A stretch of 34,015 nucleotides of DNA from Candidatus Coatesbacteria bacterium (GTDB lineage: Bacteria; RBG-13-66-14; B26-G2; WVWN01): NCBI GenBank assembly GCA_020356085.1, contig CP070633.1, positions 1,158,772 through 1,192,786 of the forward strand. Direction: 5' to 3'. This document shows positions 1-8,521 of this stretch, in pieces (positions within the stretch are counted from its first letter, which is position 1; every line of letters begins with the position of its first letter). Under the pieces are notes generated by a model. It saw only the letters and a program-made list of their open reading frames with translations, ran no database searches and was not told where the DNA came from. Made by a program: the position numbers and the translations under genes.

Positions 1-37
1 CTGGGCCGCGAAATTCGGCGCCAAGAAAGGGGATTAA
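1..37 (+). CDS. Possible 3' end of an upstream gene (...[11 protein letters not shown])
   Basis: Open frame from the window edge to TAA at 35-37, just before a promoter. Too short to identify. Confidence 0.3.
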   Translation, partial: WAAKFGAKKGD

Positions 38-51
38 ACGCGGCCCGGCGT

Positions 52-80
52 TTGCCTCGTGGTTCCGATTCTGCTATAAT
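52..80 (+). promoter_or_regulatory. Sigma70-type promoter, likely leaderless
   Basis: TTGCCT (52-57), 17 bp spacer, TGcTATAAT extended -10 (72-80). ATG lies 7 nt downstream at 88. Confidence 0.7.
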
Positions 81-87
81 AGGCGTA

Positions 88-924
88 ATGTTAAACGGAC
101 CGGAACCGAACGTCACTGCGAAGGAGGCCGTGGCCGACGACGCTGCCGAATGCGCCCAGAACCTGGACGAGGCGCGCGAACAAATCGAAGGGCTCCGCGC
201 TGCCGAGGAGAGGCGGCAGGACTACCTGTTAACGCTGGTCCACGAATTCCGGAACCCGCTGACCGCGCTGGCCGGCGCCGTCGAAATTCTAAAGGGAACG
301 CTCGCCGACCGCGTAAACGCCAAGGAACGAGAGTTTTTCGACGTAGCGGAGGCAAGTCTCGCGCGCCTGCATCAAATGCTCGACGAGATGCTCGAGCTCA
401 CCGCGCTCGAAGGCCGCGCCGTAGAACTCCACTACGACCTCGTAGACGTCGCGGCCCTGGCGCGGGACGTCCTCGGGGAATTCGAACCCCGGGCGAAAGT
501 GTACGACGTATCGCTGGCCCCCGTGGAGGTACAAGGAGAGGTCCCCGCCGTCGAGTGCGACCCGGGCTTAATTGCACGCGTAATATCGAACCTGCTCTCG
601 AACGGCGTTAAATACAACCGCCCCGGCGGCGAGGTGACGGTAACGATTGCGCGCGAGGACGCCGGCCTCCGCCTCGCCGTCGCCGACACCGGCGCCGGGA
701 TCGCTCCGGAGGATTTCCCGAACCTCTTTTCGCGCTTCTACCGCGCGCCGGAGGTTCGACAAAAGAAAATTATGGGGACCGGCCTCGGCTTGACCGTCGC
801 GAAGCGCATCGTCGAGCTCCACGGCGGCGAAATCACTTTCACCTCGGAACTCGGCGTCGGGTCGACCTTTTCTTTCACCCTCCCCCTCCGTCGGCCGGGG
901 GACGACGAACGCCGTGAAAGCTAA
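88..924 (+). CDS. Cytoplasmic histidine kinase (HisKA + HATPase_c) without a sensor domain
   Basis: H-box [11 protein letters not shown]-box [11 protein letters not shown]1 DTGAGI, F-box LFSRFYR, G2 GTGLGL. Start moved to ATG 88 because TTG 52 is the -35 box. Confidence 0.92.
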   Translation: MLNGPEPNVTAKEAVADDAAECAQNLDEAREQIEGLRAAEERRQDYLLTLVHEFRNPLTALAGAVEILKGTLADRVNAKEREFFDVAEASLARLHQMLDEMLELTALEGRAVELHYDLVDVAALARDVLGEFEPRAKVYDVSLAPVEVQGEVPAVECDPGLIARVISNLLSNGVKYNRPGGEVTVTIAREDAGLRLAVADTGAGIAPEDFPNLFSRFYRAPEVRQKKIMGTGLGLTVAKRIVELHGGEITFTSELGVGSTFSFTLPLRRPGDDERRES

Positions 925-1072
925 ACCGACACCTTCTCCCGTTAGCCGCAGGTCTTTTATCGGCTTGTTGGCCGCGGCCGCGGCTTTCGTCCTCGCGCGC
1001 CTTCCGCGCCGCGGCGAGAAGGGCACGCGGACGACGGCGCGTTTTTGGCGCCGCGTGCCGGGCAGCGGTTAG
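914..1072 (+). CDS. Small 52-aa protein with twin-arginine (Tat) motif
   Basis: Hand translation from GTG 914: [52 protein letters not shown]. It has SRRxF plus a hydrophobic stretch, overlaps the kinase stop and precedes a terminator. Confidence 0.55.
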   Translation: MKAKPTPSPVSRRSFIGLLAAAAAFVLARLPRRGEKGTRTTARFWRRVPGSG

Positions 1073-1095
1073 CGCCAGAAAGAATAATCGCGGAT

Positions 1096-1125
1096 AACGG
1101 GCCCGGGCCGGGCCCGTTTTATTTT
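1096..1125 (+). terminator. Intrinsic terminator between convergent genes
   Basis: AACGGGCCCG-ggc-CGGGCCCGTT followed by TTATTTT. Confidence 0.65.
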
Positions 1126-1826
1126 CCCGAGGGGGGCGGCGGCGGCCGCCGCGTATAGGGGAAGAGACCGGCCACTCGGCCCAAAACCTTGTAAGCCAAA
1201 GCGACGGGCGTGTAGAGGATTAGCAACATGTCTTCCTTAAACGACCAATGGGTAACGTAGGCGAGATCGGAGGCGAGCTTGTCGGCGAGCACGTTCTCGA
1301 CGTAGTGTTCGTCGATGTTGACCGGCGAGAGAAGTTCCTCCTCCGCGATGTACCGCAGCTGCGTCGGGCCGGTCATCCCCGGCCGAAATTGGAGTATTAG
1401 CCGCTGTTCGAGCGTCAGCGTCGACATGAACCGCGGCAAGTCCGGCCGGGGGCCGACGAAGCTCATATCGCCCCGGAACACGTTGATCAGGTTGGGGAGC
1501 TCGTCGAGCTTGGCCCGGCGGAGGAGGCGCCCCAACTGCGTAATGCGCGGGTCGCCGAAACCCGTAATGCCCGGGCCGAGTTTCGGCGCCTCCTGCACCA
1601 TAGTCCGGAATTTGTAGATCAGAAAGGGCCGGCCGTATTGGCCGATACGCTCCTGACGGAAGAAGACGGGCCCCGGACTCGTTAGCTTTACGGCTAATGC
1701 AATCAGGCCGAACAGGGGGCCGAGCACCGTCAGGCCGAAGGCCGCGCCGGCAAGATCGAACCAGCGCTTCACATACTTTCGGCCGAACAGGACGGTGGCC
1801 GGTTCCACTGCGTTCGCGGGCGCCAC
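1119..1826 (-). CDS. Bacterial sugar transferase (small monotopic phosphoglycosyl transferase, Bac_transf)
   Basis: KRWFD, FFRQERIG, YKFRTM, LDELPNL, GDMSFVGPRP and PGMTG motifs. Start is GTG 1826 (leaderless position) or GTG 1772. The longer ORF start at 2009 overlaps thrS. Confidence 0.9.
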   Translation of the reverse strand: MAPANAVEPATVLFGRKYVKRWFDLAGAAFGLTVLGPLFGLIALAVKLTSPGPVFFRQERIGQYGRPFLIYKFRTMVQEAPKLGPGITGFGDPRITQLGRLLRRAKLDELPNLINVFRGDMSFVGPRPDLPRFMSTLTLEQRLILQFRPGMTGPTQLRYIAEEELLSPVNIDEHYVENVLADKLASDLAYVTHWSFKEDMLLILYTPVALAYKVLGRVAGLFPYTRRPPPPPSGK

Positions 1827-1833
1827 ATAATTG

Positions 1834-1862
1834 ATTATAAAGAGGGTACGAGGATAAGTCAA
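1834..1862 (-). promoter_or_regulatory. Sigma70-type promoter for the sugar transferase
   Basis: Minus strand TTGACT, 17 bp spacer, TATAAT. Confidence 0.75.
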
Positions 1863-1896
1863 TTTTTTCGGCCGCGCCTCCCGCCGCCCTTTCTCG

Positions 1897-1926
1897 TTGA
1901 CTCTAAATCGCCAATTTTGATAGAAT
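1897..1926 (+). promoter_or_regulatory. Sigma70-type promoter for thrS
   Basis: TTGACT, 18 bp spacer, TGaTAGAAT. SD GAGGT precedes ATG 1948. Confidence 0.7.
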
Positions 1927-1947
1927 ATTACCGAAGAGGTTGTACTG

Positions 1948-3873
1948 ATGGCCAAGATTACCGTATCCGTGGAAGGCTCCGGCGCCGTGGAGGTGCCGAG
2001 CGGAGTCACCCTGCTCGACGTCGCCCGGGCGGCGCAAGTCGAAGACGCCCTGCTCGCCCGTCGCGGCGAGACCCTTGTCGATTTGACGGCCCCCGCCCAG
2101 GACGGCGAGACGGTCGCGTTCCTGACCTACGAGGCGGAGGAGGCGCGAGAGGTATTTCGGCACACCGCCTCCCACCTCCTGGCGCACGCGTTGACGGACC
2201 TGTACGACGGCGTTAAACTCGCCATCGGCCCCGCGACCGCGGACGGCTTCTACTACGACTTCGACGCGGCGGTTGCGGTCAACGACGACGACTTGCCGCG
2301 GTTGGAGGCGCGGATGCGGGAACTCGCGGAGGCGGACCTTCCGGTGGCCCGCGAGGAAGTCGGTAAAGCGGAGGCGCGCAAGTTATTCGCCGGCAACCCC
2401 TATAAACTGGAGCTGATCGAGGAAATCCCCGAAGACACCGTCATTCTGTACCGCCAAGGCGATTTCGTCGACCTCTGCCTGGGGCCGCACCTTCCCTCCA
2501 CCGGCTACGTCAAAGCCTTTAAACTCACCGCCGTAGCGGGAGCCTATTGGCGCGGCGACGAACGGAACGACATGCTCACCCGCGTGTACGGTACCGCCTA
2601 TCGCGAGGAGGAGGAGCTCGAGCGGCACCTGGCGGCGATTGAGGAGGCGAAGCGGCGCGACCACCGGACGCTCGGCCGCGACCTCAGCATCTTCTCCATC
2701 GCCGAGGAGCGCGGCGCCGGCCTGGTATACTGGCACCCGAGCGGCGCCTTCGTCCGCGACCAGATCGAGATCTTCTGGAAGGAGGAACATCACCGGCGAG
2801 GGTACCAACTGGTCGCCACGCCCCACATCGCCCGGTCGCGCCTCTTCGAAACCTCGGGGCACTTCCACTACTTCCTCGATAACATGTACACTTTCGAGGT
2901 CGACGGCATCCCGTACGTCCTCAAGCCGATGAATTGCCCGATGCACATCGCCATCTACAACTCCCGCGTGCACTCGTACCGGGAACTCCCGATCCGCTAC
3001 GCCGAACTCGGTACGGTCTACCGGAAGGAACGCTCCGGTACGCTTCACGGCCTGCTGCGCGTCCGCGGTTTCACCCAAGACGACGGCCACATCTTTTGCA
3101 CGCCCGAACAATTAGTGGACGAATTATGCGGGTGCGTGGACCTCGCCCAATTCCTGCTGCATACTTTCGGCTTCACCTCCTACGACGTCGAGCTATCGGC
3201 GCGCGACCCGCAACGGCCCGACGACTACGCCGGAACCGAGGAAGAGTGGATCCGCGCAGAGGAGGCGTTGGCCGAGACCTGCCGGCTTAAGGAACTCGCC
3301 TACACCCGGAGAGAGGGGGAGGCGATATTCTACGGGCCTAAAATCGACATCCAAATCTACGACGCGCTGGGCCGGAAATGGCAAGGGCCGACAATACAAT
3401 TCGACTTCAACCTCCCCCACCGGTTCGGCGTAACCTACGTCGGCGCCGACGGCGCCGAGCACCAGTGCTATATGATCCACCGCGCCCTCTTGGGATCCCT
3501 GGAACGATTTTTCGGTACCTTGCTTGAGCACTACGCCGGCGTGTTCCCGCCGTGGCTTGCGCCGGTGCAACTGCGGTTTATCCCGGTTAACCAGGAGGTC
3601 CTGCCGTACGCGAAAGACCTGGCCGCCCGATTCCAAGCGGCGGGGTTGCGCGCCGAGGCCGACGCCGCCGACGGAAAATTGGCCGCCAAAATCCGCGCCG
3701 GCGAAATGGCCAAAATACCCTACCTCGGCGTGGTAGGGAAAAAAGAACAGGAGGCGGATACGGTCGCTCTTCGCCGCCACGGCGGCGAGGACCTCGGAAC
3801 CGTCGACGCCGACCGCCTCCAGGAGGCTCTCCAGCGAACCGTAGCCGATAAGTCCGGCACGCTCGAGTTTTAG
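1948..3873 (+). CDS. thrS: Threonyl-tRNA synthetase
   Basis: TGS domain, editing motifs HTASH and DLCLGPH, GAYWRGD, RDHRTLG, KPMNCPMH, LHGLLRVRGFTQDDGH, FYGPKID, IHRALLGSLERF, anticodon-binding domain. Confidence 0.98.
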   Translation: MAKITVSVEGSGAVEVPSGVTLLDVARAAQVEDALLARRGETLVDLTAPAQDGETVAFLTYEAEEAREVFRHTASHLLAHALTDLYDGVKLAIGPATADGFYYDFDAAVAVNDDDLPRLEARMRELAEADLPVAREEVGKAEARKLFAGNPYKLELIEEIPEDTVILYRQGDFVDLCLGPHLPSTGYVKAFKLTAVAGAYWRGDERNDMLTRVYGTAYREEEELERHLAAIEEAKRRDHRTLGRDLSIFSIAEERGAGLVYWHPSGAFVRDQIEIFWKEEHHRRGYQLVATPHIARSRLFETSGHFHYFLDNMYTFEVDGIPYVLKPMNCPMHIAIYNSRVHSYRELPIRYAELGTVYRKERSGTLHGLLRVRGFTQDDGHIFCTPEQLVDELCGCVDLAQFLLHTFGFTSYDVELSARDPQRPDDYAGTEEEWIRAEEALAETCRLKELAYTRREGEAIFYGPKIDIQIYDALGRKWQGPTIQFDFNLPHRFGVTYVGADGAEHQCYMIHRALLGSLERFFGTLLEHYAGVFPPWLAPVQLRFIPVNQEVLPYAKDLAARFQAAGLRAEADAADGKLAAKIRAGEMAKIPYLGVVGKKEQEADTVALRRHGGEDLGTVDADRLQEALQRTVADKSGTLEF

Positions 3874-3894
3874 GTGCGAGGCGCCTAGCCCAAG

Positions 3895-6800
3895 ATGTCC
3901 CCTTCCTGTCCCAACTGCGGTCGATCCCTAACTCCGGCCGCAGCCTTTTGCCCCCACTGCGGCGTTAAAGCCGAGGGGCCAGGAGAGTCCGCCGCCGTAG
4001 CGGCCGAACTCGGCGGACTAGATTCTCTCGGACCCGCCCTCCCGCCGGACGCCCTGGGCGAAATTACCGAAAAGTTCCTGACCGCGGCCGAGGGCGTCGC
4101 CGTCGACTACGATGGGACCGTGACGCGGGAAGACGCAACTACGATAACAATCGCCTTCCCCGAGGGTACCCCTTCCCCCGCCGACCGCGCCGCCGAATGC
4201 GCTCTGACCCTCCGCGACGTAACGCGCGACCTCCTCGTCGCGCTCCTCCGTGACGGCCCGGGCGATCTTCACCTGACGACCGGCGTCGACAGCCGGCCGA
4301 AAATCCCCGCCGGCGAAGCCGTGGCCTCGCCGCGAGCGGGAGCGAAGCGGCTCCGCACCAAAGCGACCGCGTGGATCATCTTGGCGAGCGAAGCCGTCCG
4401 TACCTCCACCTCCGACGAATTCGAGTACGCGACGGTTGGTTTCTATCAAACCCGTACCGGCACTCCCCCCGTTAAAATATACCAACTTCTCGATAAAACT
4501 CGAGCCGAGGAGGCGCCGGCGCCGCCCGAACGCGAACCGTACGCCCCTCTCCCCGAACTAGAAAACGCTTTCACCCGCTTTCTCCGCGACGCGCGCTCCG
4601 AAGGAAACCGACGCGTGCTATTAGTTACCGGGGAGAGGGGGAGGGGGAAAACAACGGCCCTGGAGCAGGCCGCCCGCCTCGCCTCCGCGGAGGGGTTTCG
4701 GGTTTTCAGCGCGACCTGTTATAGCCGGCGGCGATTTTGCCCCCTTGGCGCGTGGGTCCCTATTTGGACCGAAATGTTTGCGGAGGCCGTCGACGGCACC
4801 CCCTCTCCGGAAAACGCGGCCGCCGCTCTCGCCCCCTTTGAATCCCACCACAAGATCTGGGGGCCGGTATTCGCCGGCCTGGCGGGCCCTCCGCCCTCGG
4901 CCCACCCTTACGTAATGGACGCCGCGCCGGCGTTCCGGCGACGACGAATATTCGAAATCGCAACGCGCTTCCTCCTGGGCCGGGCCTCCGAAGCCGCCAC
5001 CGCGCTCCTCTTCGACGATTTCGACCGGGCCGACTCGACCTCCCGCGCGCTCCTCGCCCACCTCCTCGCCGCGGAACCGGAAGCGCCGCTGGCCGTAATA
5101 TTGGCCGTCGCCTCGCCGGACGAGTCGTTGCGCCGCCTCGCGGACGAAGTCGTCGCGGTACCTCCGCTCCCCTCCCCGGCCGCGGCGGCGTTCCAAATCG
5201 CCGACGAAAAAACGGGCGCTGCCGGCGTAAGGTTCGCGTTAAGCCAAGGGCGGCCCGATCTCCTTAAAGCGTTGTGGTTGTGGGCGCTCCTTCAACCGGA
5301 CGCAAAAATCGGCGGCCGCCCCCCCGAAACCTTAACCGACCTCTCGGCCCTCTACAGCCGCTTGCTCCGCGACCTGGAACCCCGCGGCCGGCGCGCTACG
5401 GCAGCCGTCGCCGCGCTCGGCCTTCCCCTGCCGCCGGAGGAGCTTTTCCTCCTTGCCGAAGAATCGCTGGGTGAAAGAACGGCCGATCAGGAGGCGTGGC
5501 TGACCAAGCTGGAGGAACTGCGGTTGCTCCGCTCTCCTCTCGGCGAGAGCGAGGGAACGCAAGCCGTTCCGCCCCATCTGGTCGCCGCCGTCCTGAGCGT
5601 TACGGCCCCTTCAGAGGAGGGGCGCGCGGCGGCCGCAGGCGGCGCGGCAGCCTTTCTCGCGGCGCAACGTCCGGCGGAACTGTCGGCACGGCTGACGCTC
5701 GAAATCGAAGCTGGCCGGTACGTCGCGGCCTTTGAGCTGGCCCACGAAAACGCCCGCCGGGCGCGGTGGTTCGGCGCCCCCCACGACGCGGTAGCGCAAC
5801 TGACGGCGATAATCCAGGAACTGGAACGAGGTCCCGCCGGCCGCGTCGCCCGGGGCCGATTACCGGAGCTCCTTTTCGCCCGCGCGGAAGCCTTCCAAGA
5901 AGCCGGCCTGGTGGCCGCGGCGTTAAACGACCTTGAACACATCGCCTCCCTGGAGGGAGAACTGACGGCGCGACAACTCTATACGCAGGGGCAAGTTTAT
6001 CAGCACCGCAATTATTACGACGAAGCGGAAAACGCTTACCTGGCGGCGATTCAGGCCTCGGCGCGGGGAGGAGACGAATCCCTTCTCGCGGAAGTGGAAG
6101 TCGCTTTGGCCCGGCTCCTCCTCCGCCGGGGCGAAATCGACAAAGCCGCATATGAACTAGAGAAATCGTTGAAAGCACGCCGGCCGGAAGCGGCCGGGGC
6201 GTACGGCCTGCTGGCCGATTTAAACTACCGCCGGGGCCGAATTACGGCCGCAGCCAAAGCCGCCCACCATTGCCTCGCGCGGGTGGACCGCGAGGCGGCC
6301 CCAGTCACCGTCGCCACCTCGGCCCTGGCGTGCGCGCCCATAATCTTCGAAAACGGCGCCGTGGCCCACGCGCGGAAGTTATTACACGACGCGCAACAAA
6401 CGTTCGAGGTGCTCGGCGACCCGGGGCGGCAATGCGAGGCGAAGTTGTTGGAGACGGAAATCGGCCTCTTGACGGAGAGCTTGGAGGCGACGGATTCTAA
6501 CGTGAAGGACCTCCTGCGCCGGTCGGAACCCTACAAGAGCGACGAGTGTGTGGCCTCCGCCTCTGTGGCCGGGGCCGTCGCCGCGGTCTTCCGGGGCGAG
6601 CGAACGCAGTACCGCCACTATATGAACAAGGCCCGCGAGACCGCCGCCGGCGCGACGGAACCCACCGCGAGTAAAGTCCGCTTCGCGGAGGCGATCGAAG
6701 CGTACTACGCGGCGCGGGACTACGTCGCCTCTCTCGCCCTCGCCGAAGAGGCGGCGGCCGAACTAGAGACCGCCGGCAGCCTCTACTTCGGCGAGGCCGT

Positions 6801-7182
6801 AGCCTTGGCCGCGGCCGCGGCGATGGCGCGCGACGACGACGAGACGGCCCGCGCCCTCCTAAACCGCGCCGACCTCACCCGCCGCGCCCAAGAATCGAAG
6901 CTTTTCGCAGCCGAGTATCATTACGTCACAGGCGTATGGTTCGCCCGAACCGGGGACCGCGAACGCGCCCTCCAGTATTCGCGCGCCGCGGCGGCCGCCG
7001 CCCGCGAAACGGGCCTGTGGCGTATAACCGGCGAAAACTACCTTAGCTTGGCCTCCCTCGCCTCCGGCCCGGAGCGGGAAGAATACTCGCGCCGGGCCCA
7101 GTGGACTTTCGAACACCAGGGCGCGACCTTCCTCGCCGAACGGGCGCGCGAATTGGCGACGACCTTCCCGCCGGCCGGGTAA
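3895..7182 (+). CDS. Zn-ribbon + degenerate class III cyclase-like + STAND AAA ATPase + TPR protein
   Basis: CPNC...CPHC zinc ribbon, cyclase-like remnants (AKRL...IILASEAV...PVKIYQL), Walker A GERGRGKT, Walker B LLFDDFDRAD, Ala-rich helical TPR-like C-terminal half. Confidence 0.75.
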   Translation: MSPSCPNCGRSLTPAAAFCPHCGVKAEGPGESAAVAAELGGLDSLGPALPPDALGEITEKFLTAAEGVAVDYDGTVTREDATTITIAFPEGTPSPADRAAECALTLRDVTRDLLVALLRDGPGDLHLTTGVDSRPKIPAGEAVASPRAGAKRLRTKATAWIILASEAVRTSTSDEFEYATVGFYQTRTGTPPVKIYQLLDKTRAEEAPAPPEREPYAPLPELENAFTRFLRDARSEGNRRVLLVTGERGRGKTTALEQAARLASAEGFRVFSATCYSRRRFCPLGAWVPIWTEMFAEAVDGTPSPENAAAALAPFESHHKIWGPVFAGLAGPPPSAHPYVMDAAPAFRRRRIFEIATRFLLGRASEAATALLFDDFDRADSTSRALLAHLLAAEPEAPLAVILAVASPDESLRRLADEVVAVPPLPSPAAAAFQIADEKTGAAGVRFALSQGRPDLLKALWLWALLQPDAKIGGRPPETLTDLSALYSRLLRDLEPRGRRATAAVAALGLPLPPEELFLLAEESLGERTADQEAWLTKLEELRLLRSPLGESEGTQAVPPHLVAAVLSVTAPSEEGRAAAAGGAAAFLAAQRPAELSARLTLEIEAGRYVAAFELAHENARRARWFGAPHDAVAQLTAIIQELERGPAGRVARGRLPELLFARAEAFQEAGLVAAALNDLEHIASLEGELTARQLYTQGQVYQHRNYYDEAENAYLAAIQASARGGDESLLAEVEVALARLLLRRGEIDKAAYELEKSLKARRPEAAGAYGLLADLNYRRGRITAAAKAAHHCLARVDREAAPVTVATSALACAPIIFENGAVAHARKLLHDAQQTFEVLGDPGRQCEAKLLETEIGLLTESLEATDSNVKDLLRRSEPYKSDECVASASVAGAVAAVFRGERTQYRHYMNKARETAAGATEPTASKVRFAEAIEAYYAARDYVASLALAEEAAAELETAGSLYFGEAVALAAAAAMARDDDETARALLNRADLTRRAQESKLFAAEYHYVTGVWFARTGDRERALQYSRAAAAAARETGLWRITGENYLSLASLASGPEREEYSRRAQWTFEHQGATFLAERARELATTFPPAG

Positions 7183-7189
7183 AAAAACC

Positions 7190-7220
7190 TTGACTTGCTG
7201 GGTTTTTTATACTTTAATCT
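7190..7220 (+). promoter_or_regulatory. Probable promoter for mglBA
   Basis: TTGACT (7190-7195) followed by an AT-rich -10 region (TTTAAT at 17 bp, TAATCT at 19 bp). Confidence 0.5.
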
Positions 7221-7321
7221 AAAAAGTAAGTACGGGCTCTTTAAACCCAAGCCGGAGCGCCTTTTCCGGTTACCCGAGGCGTAGGTGGAGGTAATACTCA
7301 CCTGACGCGGGGTGAGGTTAT

Positions 7322-7822
7322 ATGCCGGGCACGGAACTCGTATTATTCGAAGAAGATTATACGACGATTAACGAGATCCTCGCGACTCTCGTCCGCGAAA
7401 CCAACTCCAAATTCGCCCTCCTCGTCGATCGTTCCGGCCAGCTCATTTCTAGCCAAGGCGACACCGAGAATATGGACTCGCTGTCCTTCGCCTCCCTCTC
7501 GGCCGGCAACTACGCTGCGACCAGCGAACTGGCAAAGATTTTGGGTCAGGAGGAGTTCTCGGTCCTTTTCCACCAGGGAACCAACGAATCGATCCACCTC
7601 TCCATCGTCGCGAAGCGGATTATCCTGGTGGTGGTCTTCGATAACAAGACGACGTTGGGGCTCGTGCGGCTCCGCGTTAAAAAAGCGGTCGAGGAGCTTT
7701 CGGCCATATTCAACCGTATTTTCCAGAAGGTGGCGGAACGCGGGGCCGAGGCGCCCTCCCCGTTGGGCGACACGTTCTCGAGCGTCGCCGAAAGCGAAAT
7801 CGATAACCTCTTCAAGGATTAA
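7322..7822 (+). CDS. mglB: MglB roadblock/LC7 protein (GAP of MglA)
   Basis: LLVDRSGQLI, ASLSAGNYAAT, LVVVFDNKTTLGLVRLRVKKA and C-terminal helix EIDNLF, closely matching myxobacterial MglB. Confidence 0.93.
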   Translation: MPGTELVLFEEDYTTINEILATLVRETNSKFALLVDRSGQLISSQGDTENMDSLSFASLSAGNYAATSELAKILGQEEFSVLFHQGTNESIHLSIVAKRIILVVVFDNKTTLGLVRLRVKKAVEELSAIFNRIFQKVAERGAEAPSPLGDTFSSVAESEIDNLFKD

Positions 7823-7854
7823 CCCGTACTAAGTCGGCAGCCGGGGGACCTGGT

Positions 7855-8448
7855 ATGTCGCTCATCAATTACTCCTCACGCGAAATAAACTGCAAGATCG
7901 TGTACTACGGGTGCGGCTTGTGCGGCAAGACCACCAACCTGTTGTACATCCACGAAAAACTCCCCCACGACATCAAGGGGAAAATGGTCTCGCTAGCCAC
8001 GGATACGGACCGAACGCTCTTTTTCGACTTTCTCCCGCTCGAGCTCGGAACAGTTAACGGCTTTAAAACGCGGTTTCACCTCTATACGGTTCCGGGGCAG
8101 GTACACTACGACGCCTCCCGCAAGCTCATTCTCAAAGGGGTTGACGGCATCGTCTTCGTGGTCGACTCCCAGCGCAACCGCTTCGACGAGAATATCGAAT
8201 CTTTCGAGAATATGCTAAAGAATTTGCAGTTGCAGGGTTACCGGCTCGAAAATATCCCGTATATAATCCAATACAATAAACGAGATCTACCGAACTGCTC
8301 CCCGGTGGAACAGTTGGAAGCGGCGCTCAACAAAGACGGCGTCCCGTGCTTCGAGTCCATCGCCACGACCGGGATCGGCGTCTTCGATTCGCTTCGCGCA
8401 ATATCGAAATTAGTAATCGCGCATCTCTCGCGGCAGACGGCGCGTTAA
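7855..8448 (+). CDS. mglA: MglA small Ras-like GTPase
   Basis: MSLINYSSREINCKIVYYG, GKTTNL, DRTLFFDFLP, YTVPGQ and YNKRDL, collinear with Myxococcus MglA. Confidence 0.96.
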   Translation: MSLINYSSREINCKIVYYGCGLCGKTTNLLYIHEKLPHDIKGKMVSLATDTDRTLFFDFLPLELGTVNGFKTRFHLYTVPGQVHYDASRKLILKGVDGIVFVVDSQRNRFDENIESFENMLKNLQLQGYRLENIPYIIQYNKRDLPNCSPVEQLEAALNKDGVPCFESIATTGIGVFDSLRAISKLVIAHLSRQTAR

Positions 8449-8521
8449 AAAGCCGCCGGCGGTGCAGCGAACGGCCAACGGCGGGAGTGCTGTTTGGACC
8501 CGCCGGTTTTCAATCCGCGAA

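Noticed and set aside
1927-1947. T-box or thrS operator leader
   Set aside because: The predicted leader is only about 15 nt.
1827-2009. N-terminal extension of the sugar transferase ORF to 2009
   Set aside because: It runs through two promoters and into thrS, so the real start is 1826 or 1772.
3895-7182. Avs-type antiphage STAND defence system
   Set aside because: No recognisable nuclease, TIR, SIR2 or protease effector, and the context is housekeeping rather than a defence island. The architecture fits the cyclase-STAND-TPR signalling class better.
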